From positions 3,164-35,163 of the forward strand of contig JACPHX010000018.1 of assembly GCA_016188425.1 (NCBI GenBank): a stretch of 32,000 nt of DNA, given 5' to 3'. Of this stretch, positions 1 through 8,263 are shown piece after piece; position 1 is the stretch's first letter; each line of letters opens with the position of its first letter. Under the pieces are notes generated by a model, which was not told where the DNA came from, did no database searches, and saw nothing but the letters and a program-made list of their open reading frames with translations. A program made the position numbers and the translations under genes. The DNA is from Candidatus Uhrbacteria bacterium. Its GTDB lineage: Bacteria; Patescibacteriota; Patescibacteriia; UBA9934; GWF2-40-263.

Positions 1-116
1 GTTTCCAAAAGATGTCCCAAAATCGGCATCCCGCCGACGGGCGTCAATGCTTTTGCAAATGGTTGCCCCATCCGCGTCCCTTTCCCCGCGGCTAAAATGA
101 CGATCCGTAGCTTCAT
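1..116 (-). CDS. sugar-phosphate nucleotidyltransferase (GlmU/RmlA-like), N-terminal fragment running off the window
   Basis: Minus-strand ATG at 116..114. My translation MKLRIVILAAGKGTRMGQPFAKALTPVGGMPILGHLLE carries the LAAGxGTR signature of NTP-transferase-fold enzymes. It is absent from the ORF track because the window edge truncates it. Confidence 0.55.
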   Translation of the reverse strand, partial: MKLRIVILAAGKGTRMGQPFAKALTPVGGMPILGHLLE

Positions 117-117
117 A

Positions 118-213
118 CTAGATAAAGGCATCGATAAAAATTCCCACCAACATCCCCAAGGCAAAAATAACGGCCCAAGCAATGACCGAACAAAGCGTAC
201 ATTTCTTCTCCAT
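118..213 (-). CDS. possible 31-aa membrane peptide
   Basis: ATG at 213..211. My translation is MEKKCTLCSVIAWAVIFALGMLVGIFIDAFI, one hydrophobic helix. Its TAG stop lies 1 nt before the next gene's ATG. It is very short with no homology argument. Confidence 0.25.
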   Translation of the reverse strand: MEKKCTLCSVIAWAVIFALGMLVGIFIDAFI

Positions 214-236
214 AGGCCTCTATTCTATCGTTCCGA

Positions 237-265
237 TAAAAAAACGCCAGTCTTGCGACTGGCGT
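237..265 (-). terminator. Rho-independent terminator after the 5S rRNA
   Basis: Hairpin ACGCCAGTC-TTGC-GACTGGCGT (244-265). On the minus strand it is followed by a U run (plus-strand A run 238-243). Confidence 0.7.
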
Positions 266-288
266 TTCTTCTTCAAACCGTTCCTTGG

Positions 289-398
<110 letters not shown>

Positions 399-578
399 CT
401 AAGGAACGGTTTGGCACTGAATATACAATCAAGAGGACAAGTAATTTCGATTCTCAAATGGTTGTAGAGCTCGGATTATTAGTACGGCTCGGCTACACGT
501 GTTACCACGCTTCCACCTGCCGCCTATCAACCTTCTCATCTCGAAGGATCCTAATTAACGAAGACTAATCTTAGGGTC

Positions 579-612
<34 letters not shown>

Positions 613-734
613 AACCAGACGCCGCTACTCGGCCATGCCCTTGGCAGGACAACCGATTCACGGGAGGTCTGTTCATCCCGGTCCTCTCGTACTAGGGATG
701 AGTCCCTTCAATCTTCAACGCCCATGGTAGATAG

Positions 735-786
<52 letters not shown>

Positions 787-817
787 TGGCGAACAGCCAA
801 ACCATTGGGACCTGCTC

Positions 818-860
<43 letters not shown>

Positions 861-1390
861 TTCGTCGATGTGAACTCTTGGAAAGGATCAGCCTGTTATC
901 CCCGGAGTAGCTTTTATCCGTTGAGCTTCCGCCGTCCTATATCGTACGGTCGGATCACTAACTTCCACTTTCGTGACTGCGCGACGTGTCAGTCTTGCAG
1001 TAAGGCCAGCTTTTGCGTTTGCACGTCCAGCGCGATTTCCATCCGCGCTAAGCTGACTTTTGTAAACGCCTCCGTTACTTTTTAGGAGGCACCCGCCCCA
1101 GGTAAACTACCCACCAGATCCTGTTCCCATGCCGGATTACGGCAAAAGGTTAGGGCACGCGCAGCACCAGGGTGGTGTCTCATTGGCGCCTAAGCTCCCA
1201 CCTACGCTGAACAGGTGAAGCGCGTGCTCAAGATCAAGTTGTAGTAAAGCTTCACGGGGTCTTTTCGTCTAACCACGGGTAATGAGCATCTTCACTCATC
1301 TTGCAATTTCGCCGAGTCCCTCGTTGAGACAGTTATCAAGTCGTTATGCCATTCGTGCACGTGGGAACTTACCCCACAAGGAATTTCGCT

Positions 1391-1692
1391 CATGATGTTG
1401 CTCTCCTTGGAAAGGAGGAGATGGTCATTTCTGCCATCTTCCACATGTCGCCATGCGGGTCGGACTATATCTTCTCTTGAACAACCGTTTAGTCACTCAA
1501 GGTCTGGCGTGTAGTCTCTGAGGATTCCCTTTGATTCGTCTCGTATGAACGAGATTCTCTCGGGGTCTTTCCTGCTGATTGTCTGATGTTCATCAGATAT
1601 TCCAGCACATAGCCAAATTTTTCTTCTACGTCTTCTCTGGCAAAAGAGAAGTTCGAAGAGAGGTCTTCCACCTCACTAAGGCAGTGTTATTC
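1391..1692 (-). ncRNA. group I self-splicing intron inside the 23S rRNA gene (no homing-endonuclease ORF)
   Basis: The conserved exon string CCTAAGGT|AGCGAAATTCC is split by 302 nt. The upstream exon ends in U and the intron ends in G. P1 can form between exon CUAAGGU and intron GCCUUAG with the U-G wobble at the splice site. The intron core reads GACTAAAC...AAGATATAGTCCGACC, nearly identical to the Tetrahymena J6/7-P7 and J8/7-P7 strings GACUAAAU...AAGAUAUAGUCGGACC (recalled from memory). Confidence 0.85.
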
Positions 1693-2535
1693 ACCTTAGG
1701 ACGATTATAGTTATCGCCGGCGTTCATCCGCGCTTCAGTCGAAGGCTGCCGCTCTTGCGAGCATGACCCCCTTCCTTAACGTTCGGACACTGGCCAGGCA
1801 TCAGCTCCTATACATCACCTTTCGGTTTAGCAGGAACCTGTGTTTTTGGTAAACAGTCGCTTGATATCTTTCGCTGCGGGTCGCCTCCTCACGGAAGCAA
1901 CCAGGCCTTATCCCTAGGTTACGGCCACTTTTTTGCCGAGTTCCTAAACGAGGGTTCTCTCGTACACCTTGGCACATTACGCGCCTACCCACCTGTGTCG
2001 GTTTACGGTACGGGTTGTTTGAAGATATCTTTAGCGGCTTTTCTTGGCTCTTGATCTGTTCCTCTCCGCCGGTTCAGCACCGACGTCGCGATGATCCCAA
2101 GGTGTAACGGTTGGCGGATTTACCTACCAACCACCTCGAAACCCCCAGCGCATAGCCATACAGCGCAGGAATTTAGCAAAAGCGTCCCCGCTTCAGTCTT
2201 CAAACAAGTGCAGGAATATTAACCTGCTGTGCATCGATTACGCCTTTCGGCCTCACCTTAGCTCCCGACTCACCCTGGGACGATTCGCGTTGCCCAGGAA
2301 CCCTTAGGTTTACGGTGGGGGAGATTCTCACTCCCCTTTATGCTACTTATGCCAACATTCTCACTTCGCAACGCTCCACCGCGGGTCTCCCCTTCGGCTT
2401 CGACGCAGTTGCAAACGCTCCCCTACCACTTGTCCGGCAGAGCCGGATCAAATTCTCAAATTCGGCACGTGACTTGAGCCCCGATGGATTTTTGGTGCAG
2501 AAAAACTCGACCAGTGAGCTGTTACGCTTTCTTTA

Positions 2536-2570
<35 letters not shown>

Positions 2571-3183
2571 TTGAGTCTTTCCACCGCCTTCTACACTTAG
2601 TCACGGTTTAGGGGCCTTATTTGGAGATCTGGGCTGTTTCCCTTGTGACGAATGGAGCTTCGCCCCCATCGTCTGACTGCCGGAAACACGTGTTGGTATT
2701 CGGAGTTTGGTTAGGGCGTCTACCCGAAGGCGACGGCCCGATTCAGTGCTCTACCCCCAACACGCTATTATACCGACGCTAGCCCTACAGCTATCTCGGG
2801 GAGAACCAGCTATTACCGAGTTCGATTGGAATTTCTCCGCTAACCACAACTCATCCCGAAGTTTTGCACAGCTTATGGGTTCGGCCCTCCACGGACTGTT
2901 ACGTCCGCTTCAGCCTGGTCATGGTTCGGTCACCCGGTTTCGGGTCGTGTGCACGCCACCTTCCCCTATTGTAGCCGGCGTATCGGGTTGCCCCAATACG
3001 TCAGTACAGTAGAGGAAACGCAGGTTAATGCTCGCTTTCACTATGGCTTCGCCCCGTAGGGCTTAACCAAGCGACGTACAGCACACTCGTTGGCTCATTC
3101 TTCAATAGGAACGCCATCATCCGGCAATGCCGGACTCTGACTCCTTGTAAGCATACGGTTTCAGATACTATTTCATCCCCCTT

Positions 3184-3217
<34 letters not shown>

Positions 3218-3567
3218 GTTCACTATCGATCGTGAAGCGTATTTAGCCTTGCCACATAGTCGCGGCAGATTCCCACAGGATTTCTCGGGTCCCGAGGTAC
3301 TCAAGGTTTCTTACGACACTGATTTCTTTCTTTCGAATACGGGGCCATCACCCTCTTTGGCGTTGTGTTCCAACAACTTCTTCTAGAAAGAAATACATCT
3401 GTCTGATCCCTGGAAGCGGATCGTGTAAGACCTTACAACACTTGCTATGCAACGGCTTCCACCTTTCACTCCCGACGCACATGGAACCGAAGTCCCACAT
3501 ACATCGAAAGCTTCACATAATAAGTTTAGGCTGTTCCCTGTTCGCTCGCCGCTACTGGGGGAATATT

Positions 3568-3620
3568 CTCGTTGGATATCGTAGCTGTAGAACAGTGTTC
3601 TACAGCTACGATACAACGAG
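3568..3620 (-). repeat. 53-nt near-perfect palindromic insertion (expansion hairpin) in 23S domain I
   Basis: CTCGTTG-GA-TATCGTAGCTGTAGAA-CAGTG-TTCTACAGCTACGATA-CAACGAG. It sits between the conserved GAAAAGAAA and ATTCCCCCAGTAGCGGCGAGCGAAC blocks, which are adjacent in E. coli 23S. Confidence 0.6.
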
Positions 3621-3981
3621 TAGTCTTTTTCTTTTCCACTGGCTACTGAGATGTTTCACTTCACCAGGTGCCCTTCATACGCCTATGTATTCAGCGGATG
3701 ATCGTGCGGCATTCCCCGCACGGGGTTTCCCCATTCGGATATCTCCGGATCAAAGGTTGCTTGCCACCTCCCCGAAGCTTTTCGCAGGCTGCTACGTCCT
3801 TCTTAGGCGCTTCATGTCGAGCCATCCACCGTATGCCCTTATTGCTCTACAACCATCCGAGAATCGAAACGCGGTTCGATTTCAACAGATGGTACTACTT
3901 GCTTGCTTACATTTGAATGTTGATTCTCATTACTTGTTTCTACTTGATTGTATTCAGTTGTAATGAGCTTGCGTCGCCCAT

Positions 3982-4006
3982 GAAAAAACCCGCGTTTGCA
4001 CGCGGG
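3982..4006 (-). terminator. Rho-independent terminator separating the HAD operon from the rRNA unit
   Basis: Hairpin CCCGCG-TTTGCA-CGCGGG (3989-4006), followed on the minus strand by TTTTTT (plus-strand A run 3983-3988). Confidence 0.6.
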
Positions 4007-4145
4007 AATTTGGCAGGATGTTATACCCTGCTTACATCCCGACGTGTTGTAGTACCAACTGGCTTTTCATGATCAACGTGCCGGCATTGTACGGAAAGCC
4101 CCCAGGAGTGTCAAGACGTCGCTGTGCACATCTTTCCCGCTGATT

Positions 4146-4781
4146 TTATGCTGCTTCCTCCAACTCATGAAGCGTACTAATGACCGGCCAGGCCTCGTTA
4201 TCTAATGGATGGGACTCCGTGTGGCGTTCCTGGCCTTCGCGGCGGATACGGATAAGCTTTACGGGGAGGCCTGCCTCGTAGACAGCTTGCAGCTGGTTTG
4301 GGCTGTCCTCGAGTAAAATAAGGTCGGTTTCTCCTTGTTCTACTAGTTCTTTTATATGCATGGATTTGGTCATTTCCTGGGACGCGATGCGAATATCATC
4401 GAAGAAAGAATGGATGCCTACGCCGTCGATCTTGGCTTGTTGGAATTCCGCGTCCCCAAAGGTAAGGATGCTGCGCTTGCGACCGAGTCCTGCCTCCAGA
4501 TGCGGCATGGTGTCATCGAAAAGCCAATCGTCTTTCTTGGCGGCGATGAGGGCGTGGAAATCGTGAATGAGCTTGGCGGACTGGCGGTTCTCCGGCACCC
4601 CGAGCGCACCCAAGTGTTTCGCAAAGGTATAGCCGTCGTCTTTGACGACTTCTGATGTGTCCCACGCTTGCGCAGAGGGGATGCCAAATGAGGCCTGAAC
4701 CGCATCGCACCAGAGATGCAGGTATTTGGGTAATGCAAAAAGGGTTCCGTCGAGGTCGTAAAGGATGTGGGCATCAAGCAT
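4146..4781 (-). CDS. HAD-superfamily hydrolase/phosphatase
   Basis: ORF track 4146..4832. I start it at the internal ATG 4781 so that MLDAHILYDLDGTLF (the DxDGT motif I) is N-terminal. This gives an 8-nt overlap with the upstream gene's stop. ATGs at 4811 and 4832 remain possible starts. Confidence 0.75.
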   Translation of the reverse strand: MLDAHILYDLDGTLFALPKYLHLWCDAVQASFGIPSAQAWDTSEVVKDDGYTFAKHLGALGVPENRQSAKLIHDFHALIAAKKDDWLFDDTMPHLEAGLGRKRSILTFGDAEFQQAKIDGVGIHSFFDDIRIASQEMTKSMHIKELVEQGETDLILLEDSPNQLQAVYEAGLPVKLIRIRREGQERHTESHPLDNEAWPVISTLHELEEAA

Positions 4782-5364
4782 AGTCGTTTGGGAGAGAAGC
4801 GCCTGGGGCATATTCGTGCGGCCGCCGGGCAATTGCCTCGATGATATCTAAAAGTGCTGGATATTCTGCGTCCATAAAATGGCCGCAACCGTCCACGGTC
4901 ATGAGCGTCGCCTTAAAGGCCTCGGCGAGCTTTACCCCATGCTCATAGGGCACAAGTGTATCGTCTTTGGAATGGACGACGATGAACTCGCGCGCTTTCC
5001 ACATAAGCACATCGGAGTCCAGATCGACAATGAAGAGCCGCCGAAGCTCGGGGCGCGTCACTTTCCAAGGGGCGGCGACCATGATGACCGCGCGGGGGGT
5101 TTCGACCATTTCGACCGCTTCCAGGTATTGGAGGGCGATAAAGGCACCAAGCGAGTGACCAAGAATGATATCGTCATTTCGTAGCCGACCTATGGCTTTT
5201 TTCATGATCTCGACGATTTCCGGGAGGTTCAGGTCGTCTCCTGCTTTGAGCGGAAGGGCCGGTGCCACGACTTCGAAGCCACGATCTTGCAGGGCATGCG
5301 CAAGCCAGGGATGGAAGTTCATCTGTGGAGAAGCATTGAAGCCGTGGACAAGGATGATGCGCAT
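4774..5364 (-). CDS. small alpha/beta-fold serine hydrolase (YdeN-like)
   Basis: ORF track 4774..5652. The convincing protein begins at the internal ATG 5364 (MRIILVHGFNASP...), with the nucleophile elbow GHSLG and later D/H residues. The upstream 96 codons are Cys/Pro-rich junk spanning a repeat array and a terminator. Confidence 0.75.
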   Translation of the reverse strand: MRIILVHGFNASPQMNFHPWLAHALQDRGFEVVAPALPLKAGDDLNLPEIVEIMKKAIGRLRNDDIILGHSLGAFIALQYLEAVEMVETPRAVIMVAAPWKVTRPELRRLFIVDLDSDVLMWKAREFIVVHSKDDTLVPYEHGVKLAEAFKATLMTVDGCGHFMDAEYPALLDIIEAIARRPHEYAPGASLPNDYA

Positions 5365-5397
5365 AGTTCGAAGGGAGGGTACCGCGTTTGGGGAAGA

Positions 5398-5456
5398 GGC
5401 ACAAGGGTGGATGTAGGGGGCGCAAGGGGCGCAGGAGGTCCAAGGGGCGCAGGGGG
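5398..5456. repeat. array of about 9-bp phased CAAGGG/CAGGRG repeats
   Basis: ggCACAAGGGtgg..., then gcgCAAGGGgcgCAGGAGgtcCAAGGGgcgCAGGGGg. The core matches the CAAGGG repeats at 18514-18609. Confidence 0.5.
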
Positions 5457-5470
5457 AAATACAAAGGAAC

Positions 5471-5499
5471 ACAAAACAGCCCCTCAAGGCTGTTTTTGT
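5471..5499. terminator. bidirectional Rho-independent terminator
   Basis: A 9-bp stem AAAACAGCC / GGCTGTTTT with loop CCTCAA, an A run on one side and a T run on the other. It sits at the low-coordinate edge of the GC-rich block. Confidence 0.65.
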
Positions 5500-5578
5500 G
5501 CCCGCTCCAGCGCACCAGATACTCGGAGATACCGAGAGAGGTGGCTCCCCAGAGGACATGGATGGGCTGGAGTGGAAT

Positions 5579-5612
5579 CCAGACGCGCGCTCCTCCGGGG
5601 GCGCGCGTCTGG
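5579..5612. other. 12-bp GC-rich perfect hairpin
   Basis: CCAGACGCGCGC-TCCTCCGGGG-GCGCGCGTCTGG, 6 nt 3' of the small membrane ORF. There is no U tract on either strand. Confidence 0.6.
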
Positions 5613-5617
5613 CAGGG

Positions 5618-5818
5618 TCATCGTCGAAGGGATCTGTAAGCGGTGAGGACACCGCCTTTCAGAACGCACCATTCGATGACCACGGTGATGCACACGACCG
5701 TAAGCGAGCCGGCTCGGCCCGCTTCCACGCCCAAGTAGGCGACCACGATGAACGTGGCCACGAACACGGCGAGGAAGATCGCGGCAGGGGTGTCGATGGA
5801 TTGCTTCGTTGCCATCAT
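5618..5818 (-). CDS. possible 66-aa two-helix membrane protein
   Basis: This is the internal ATG-ATG of ORF 5618..5950. MMATKQSIDTPAAIFLAVFVATFIVVAYLGVEAGRAGSLTVVCITVVIEWCVLKGG has two hydrophobic segments. There is no obvious SD. Confidence 0.4.
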   Translation of the reverse strand: MMATKQSIDTPAAIFLAVFVATFIVVAYLGVEAGRAGSLTVVCITVVIEWCVLKGGVLTAYRSLRR

Positions 5819-5985
5819 GCTGGTCCCGGAGAGGAACAGGACGATGGCAGCGAAGTGGATTCTCTCATCCCGCGCCTGGCCCGAAAGAGGGGGGCAAGAC
5901 GCGGGAAATCGAGACCCCGAAGTACATGCAGATGCATGGCTTCGGGGCACACGGCGAAACGAGTAGTATCGCCGCTCGTGCTAGT

Positions 5986-6066
5986 GGTTGGTGTAGCCAA
6001 CCGTCAGTGGTTCCAAAACGGGAACCGGCGCGGGCTATTTACAGGCGCCCACCTATCTCGTACTCA
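5986..6066. repeat. three-hairpin motif R, copy 1
   Basis: GGTTGG-TGTAG-CCAACC, GGTTCC-AAAACG-GGAACC, GGCGC-13 nt-GCGCC. A 66-nt core (5997-6062) is 64/66 identical to 8169-8234. It lies 13 nt 3' of the stop of gene 6080..7192. Confidence 0.7.
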
Positions 6067-6079
6067 CGAAAGCCCTCTC

Positions 6080-7192
6080 TCAATCGAGACGGCCTCCGCC
6101 GAACACGGCCGCCGCGTCCACAAGGACGGCGTGGACGACCAGTGTCGCCCTATAGTCGCCGTCCCAATCGTACTCGCCGTGCTCGACGAGCACGTACGCC
6201 GAGAACTCTCCCTCGGCGGACTTGTACACCTCGAGGACGCGCTGGCCGTCCGTGTCCCCCCACCACAACGGAAGGTCCGTCATGGCGTCCGGCGGGAACT
6301 CGTTGAGATCCAGCCGGAACGTGGCGAGGGGGGTGCCACTGGGGACATCAACTTTCTCCGTGACCGTCACGGGGACGGACGCAGGGGCGAGTCCCTGCCA
6401 CTTCGCGGGAGCGAGCGCCATCCGCCTACGCGCGAGAAGACCCCGCAGGTGCGGGTTCAACTCACGATCGGCGAGGGCCCGATCGAGGTCATCCCCCACC
6501 GCGACGCCGAGCGCGAGCCGCTCGGCCGTCGCGGGGGAGAGATTGGGCGCGCGCATGACATCTCCGAGGAGATGACCGAGCCCCTCTTTCTCGATCCCCG
6601 CGAGGACGCGGTCGACCTGGTCGGCCGAGCAGAGAGGGTTCCGAAGGATCTCGGTGTACCTCCCCTTCTCCGCGGCCGCCGTGACGAGCACTTCGACCTG
6701 CTCGGGGTCGAAGGTGCAGCGAGCGAGGTTGAACCCCCACGCGCACACAACGACCTTATCGAGAGGCCGCGCGCCGCGGAGGTCGCAGGAGAGAAGGTCC
6801 TTCTCCTCACCTCCCCCACCAATGTCCGCCTTCGAGAGGTCGACCCCTCGAAGGTCGACCCCCTCGAAGATCCCCGACAGCCAGTAACGGCTGTCGTCGA
6901 AGTCGAGCCGAAGCCCGACCTCGATCGCGACCCGCCGGAGGTCGGGCAACTCCTCCGGCAGCTCTCCCACGAGAACGAGGGGGGCGTGATACCCCCACCA
7001 ACACTCCCGCTCGGGGGAGAGTCCGAGCGGGAAGGCGAGCTTCGCGAATTCGATCGAGAGGCCCACCCTCTCCCGATCCTTCGAGCGGACGACGAATCGT
7101 CCGCCCTCCTTCGTCACCATCAACTCATCCTTTTTGCCCCTGAGGGCGAAAAGGAAGGAGTCGACGATCTGGAGGTTCTTCATTGTGTTCAT
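6080..7192 (-). CDS. hypothetical protein with a probable pentapeptide-repeat segment
   Basis: 370-aa ORF with ATG at 7192, preceded by GGAGGA 7 nt upstream. The middle region reads VDLRG VDLSK ADIGG ... CDLRG ... FNLAR CTFDP, which resembles A(D/N)LXX pentads. The rest has no motif I recognise. Confidence 0.65.
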   Translation of the reverse strand: MNTMKNLQIVDSFLFALRGKKDELMVTKEGGRFVVRSKDRERVGLSIEFAKLAFPLGLSPERECWWGYHAPLVLVGELPEELPDLRRVAIEVGLRLDFDDSRYWLSGIFEGVDLRGVDLSKADIGGGGEEKDLLSCDLRGARPLDKVVVCAWGFNLARCTFDPEQVEVLVTAAAEKGRYTEILRNPLCSADQVDRVLAGIEKEGLGHLLGDVMRAPNLSPATAERLALGVAVGDDLDRALADRELNPHLRGLLARRRMALAPAKWQGLAPASVPVTVTEKVDVPSGTPLATFRLDLNEFPPDAMTDLPLWWGDTDGQRVLEVYKSAEGEFSAYVLVEHGEYDWDGDYRATLVVHAVLVDAAAVFGGGRLD

Positions 7193-7245
7193 TTATTTCT
7201 CCTCCACTTTACGCCGTGGCGCGGGTCACGCGGTTGTTTTTGTTG

Positions 7246-7292
7246 ATGCGTGCCCTGGAACAGAGGAATGTTTTCCTCTGTTCAAGGACACG
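7246..7292. repeat. leader hairpin S, copy 1
   Basis: TGCGTGCCCTGGAACAGAGGAATGTTTTCCTCTGTTCAAGGACACGG. It is a homologue of 8045-8092 with compensatory stem changes. Confidence 0.5.
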
Positions 7293-7450
7293 GCCCTGAA
7301 TCATGTGAGATTCAGGGCAAGGCCAGCGAAGTAGTGCTGGCCCACGTGGTAGACAGGAACAGACGTTCCTGGAACCGGCAGGGTGCCGGATCTTCCCTTC
7401 CGCCTATTTTGTGAATCAGCGGATGGGGCTTTTGGGTGGAAGCGGGGAGG

Positions 7451-7852
7451 TTAGTCGAGAAGGCCGCGCTCGCGCAGGACTTTCTCCTGCGCGATACGGA
7501 CGGTCTCGTCGTCGAGGCCGACCTCTTTGAGGGCGGCCTGGCGGCGAGCATTGAGCTCCTTCTCCGCCAGAACCGCGTCCGCCGCCGCTTGGAGGGCGGC
7601 GAGACGTCCTTCCGCCTTCTCTTTCGAGAAGGTGAAGAAACTTTCCCCAAGACGAGGATCCTCCATTTGGAGATCCTCGTCTCTGTCCCCGTACTGCCAA
7701 TGGTCCCCCTCCCAGATGTGGAGGGTTCCCCCTCGGAAACTGTAGGCGGTCTGTCCCCCGCCTGAATCGAGGACGCTCCCGTCCTCCTCCACCTTCCATT
7801 CGAGGACGCCGTCCTCGATCTCATCAACCAGAAACAATTTTTGCTTCGTCAT
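7451..7852 (-). CDS. hypothetical protein (133 aa)
   Basis: ATG at 7852, preceded by AGGAGG 5 nt upstream. It has protein-like composition and an acidic N-terminal half. No motif recognised. Confidence 0.65.
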   Translation of the reverse strand: MTKQKLFLVDEIEDGVLEWKVEEDGSVLDSGGGQTAYSFRGGTLHIWEGDHWQYGDRDEDLQMEDPRLGESFFTFSKEKAEGRLAALQAAADAVLAEKELNARRQAALKEVGLDDETVRIAQEKVLRERGLLD

Positions 7853-8044
7853 TTCATCCTCCTAGGACCGGGATGCCTCCCGTTCTGCCCTTCCGGACGT
7901 TGTTGCTCCTTCATTTTCCCCACCTCCAACCACCATGGCTGGCCACAGGTCGGCCGAGCAGGCAGGGTCGCGCTTCCTGGGTCGCGACCAAACTGAGTTT
8001 CCGTCCTTTTTACAGGATGAAATCTTGCACGGTTCTTTTTCAAG

Positions 8045-8092
8045 ATCGTGCCTTGGAGCACAGAAGGTTTCTTCTGTCCTCAAAGGCATGGG
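8045..8092. repeat. leader hairpin S, copy 2
   Basis: ATCGTGCCTTGGAGCACAGAAGGTTTCTTCTGTCCTCAAAGGCATGG. Confidence 0.5.
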
Positions 8093-8153
8093 CGAGTGAG
8101 TGCATCTCTCTCGCCAGCCGAGTGTGCCCAGAACCATGATGGGTGCTGGGCTT

Positions 8154-8238
8154 GGTTGGTGTCTGCTGCCAACCGTCAGCGGTTCCAAGACGGGAACCGG
8201 CGCGGGCTATTTACAGGCGCCCACCTATCTCGTAATCA
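8154..8238. repeat. three-hairpin motif R, copy 2
   Basis: It has the same three hairpins as 5986-6066. The first loop is enlarged (TGTCTGCTG). It lies 25 nt 3' of the helicase stop. Confidence 0.7.
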
Positions 8239-8263
8239 CGACGACCGGTCGCGGATGCGACGG

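Noticed and set aside
1489-1671. 60-aa ORF inside the group I intron as a possible homing endonuclease.
   Set aside because: It has a GTG start and is far too short. It has no LAGLIDADG, GIY-YIG, HNH or His-Cys box motif, and it overlaps the P2 and core helices.
4774-5652. N-terminal extensions offered by the ORF track for several genes: 4774..5652, 12189..12989, 16434..18086, 21620..23548, 23610..25859, 26305..27075 and 29838..31658.
   Set aside because: The extensions cross terminators, tRNAs or repeat arrays, have junk-like composition, or start at TTG/GTG. Internal ATGs give canonical N-termini (DxDGT, a signal peptide, an SD-preceded start).
5498-7246. 582-aa plus-strand ORF. Similar long ORFs are 9161..10582 (+), 11472..12587 (+), 8048..8584 (+) and 7312..7827 (-).
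   Set aside because: They lie antisense to, or out of frame with, better genes in GC-rich DNA. They are extremely Arg/Gly/Pro/Ser-rich with no motifs, which is the typical shadow-ORF pattern in high-GC sequence.
5986-8238. R1/R2 as a DGR template/variable repeat pair.
   Set aside because: The mismatches are T/C and A/G, not adenine-specific. The copies lie outside coding regions and there is no reverse transcriptase.
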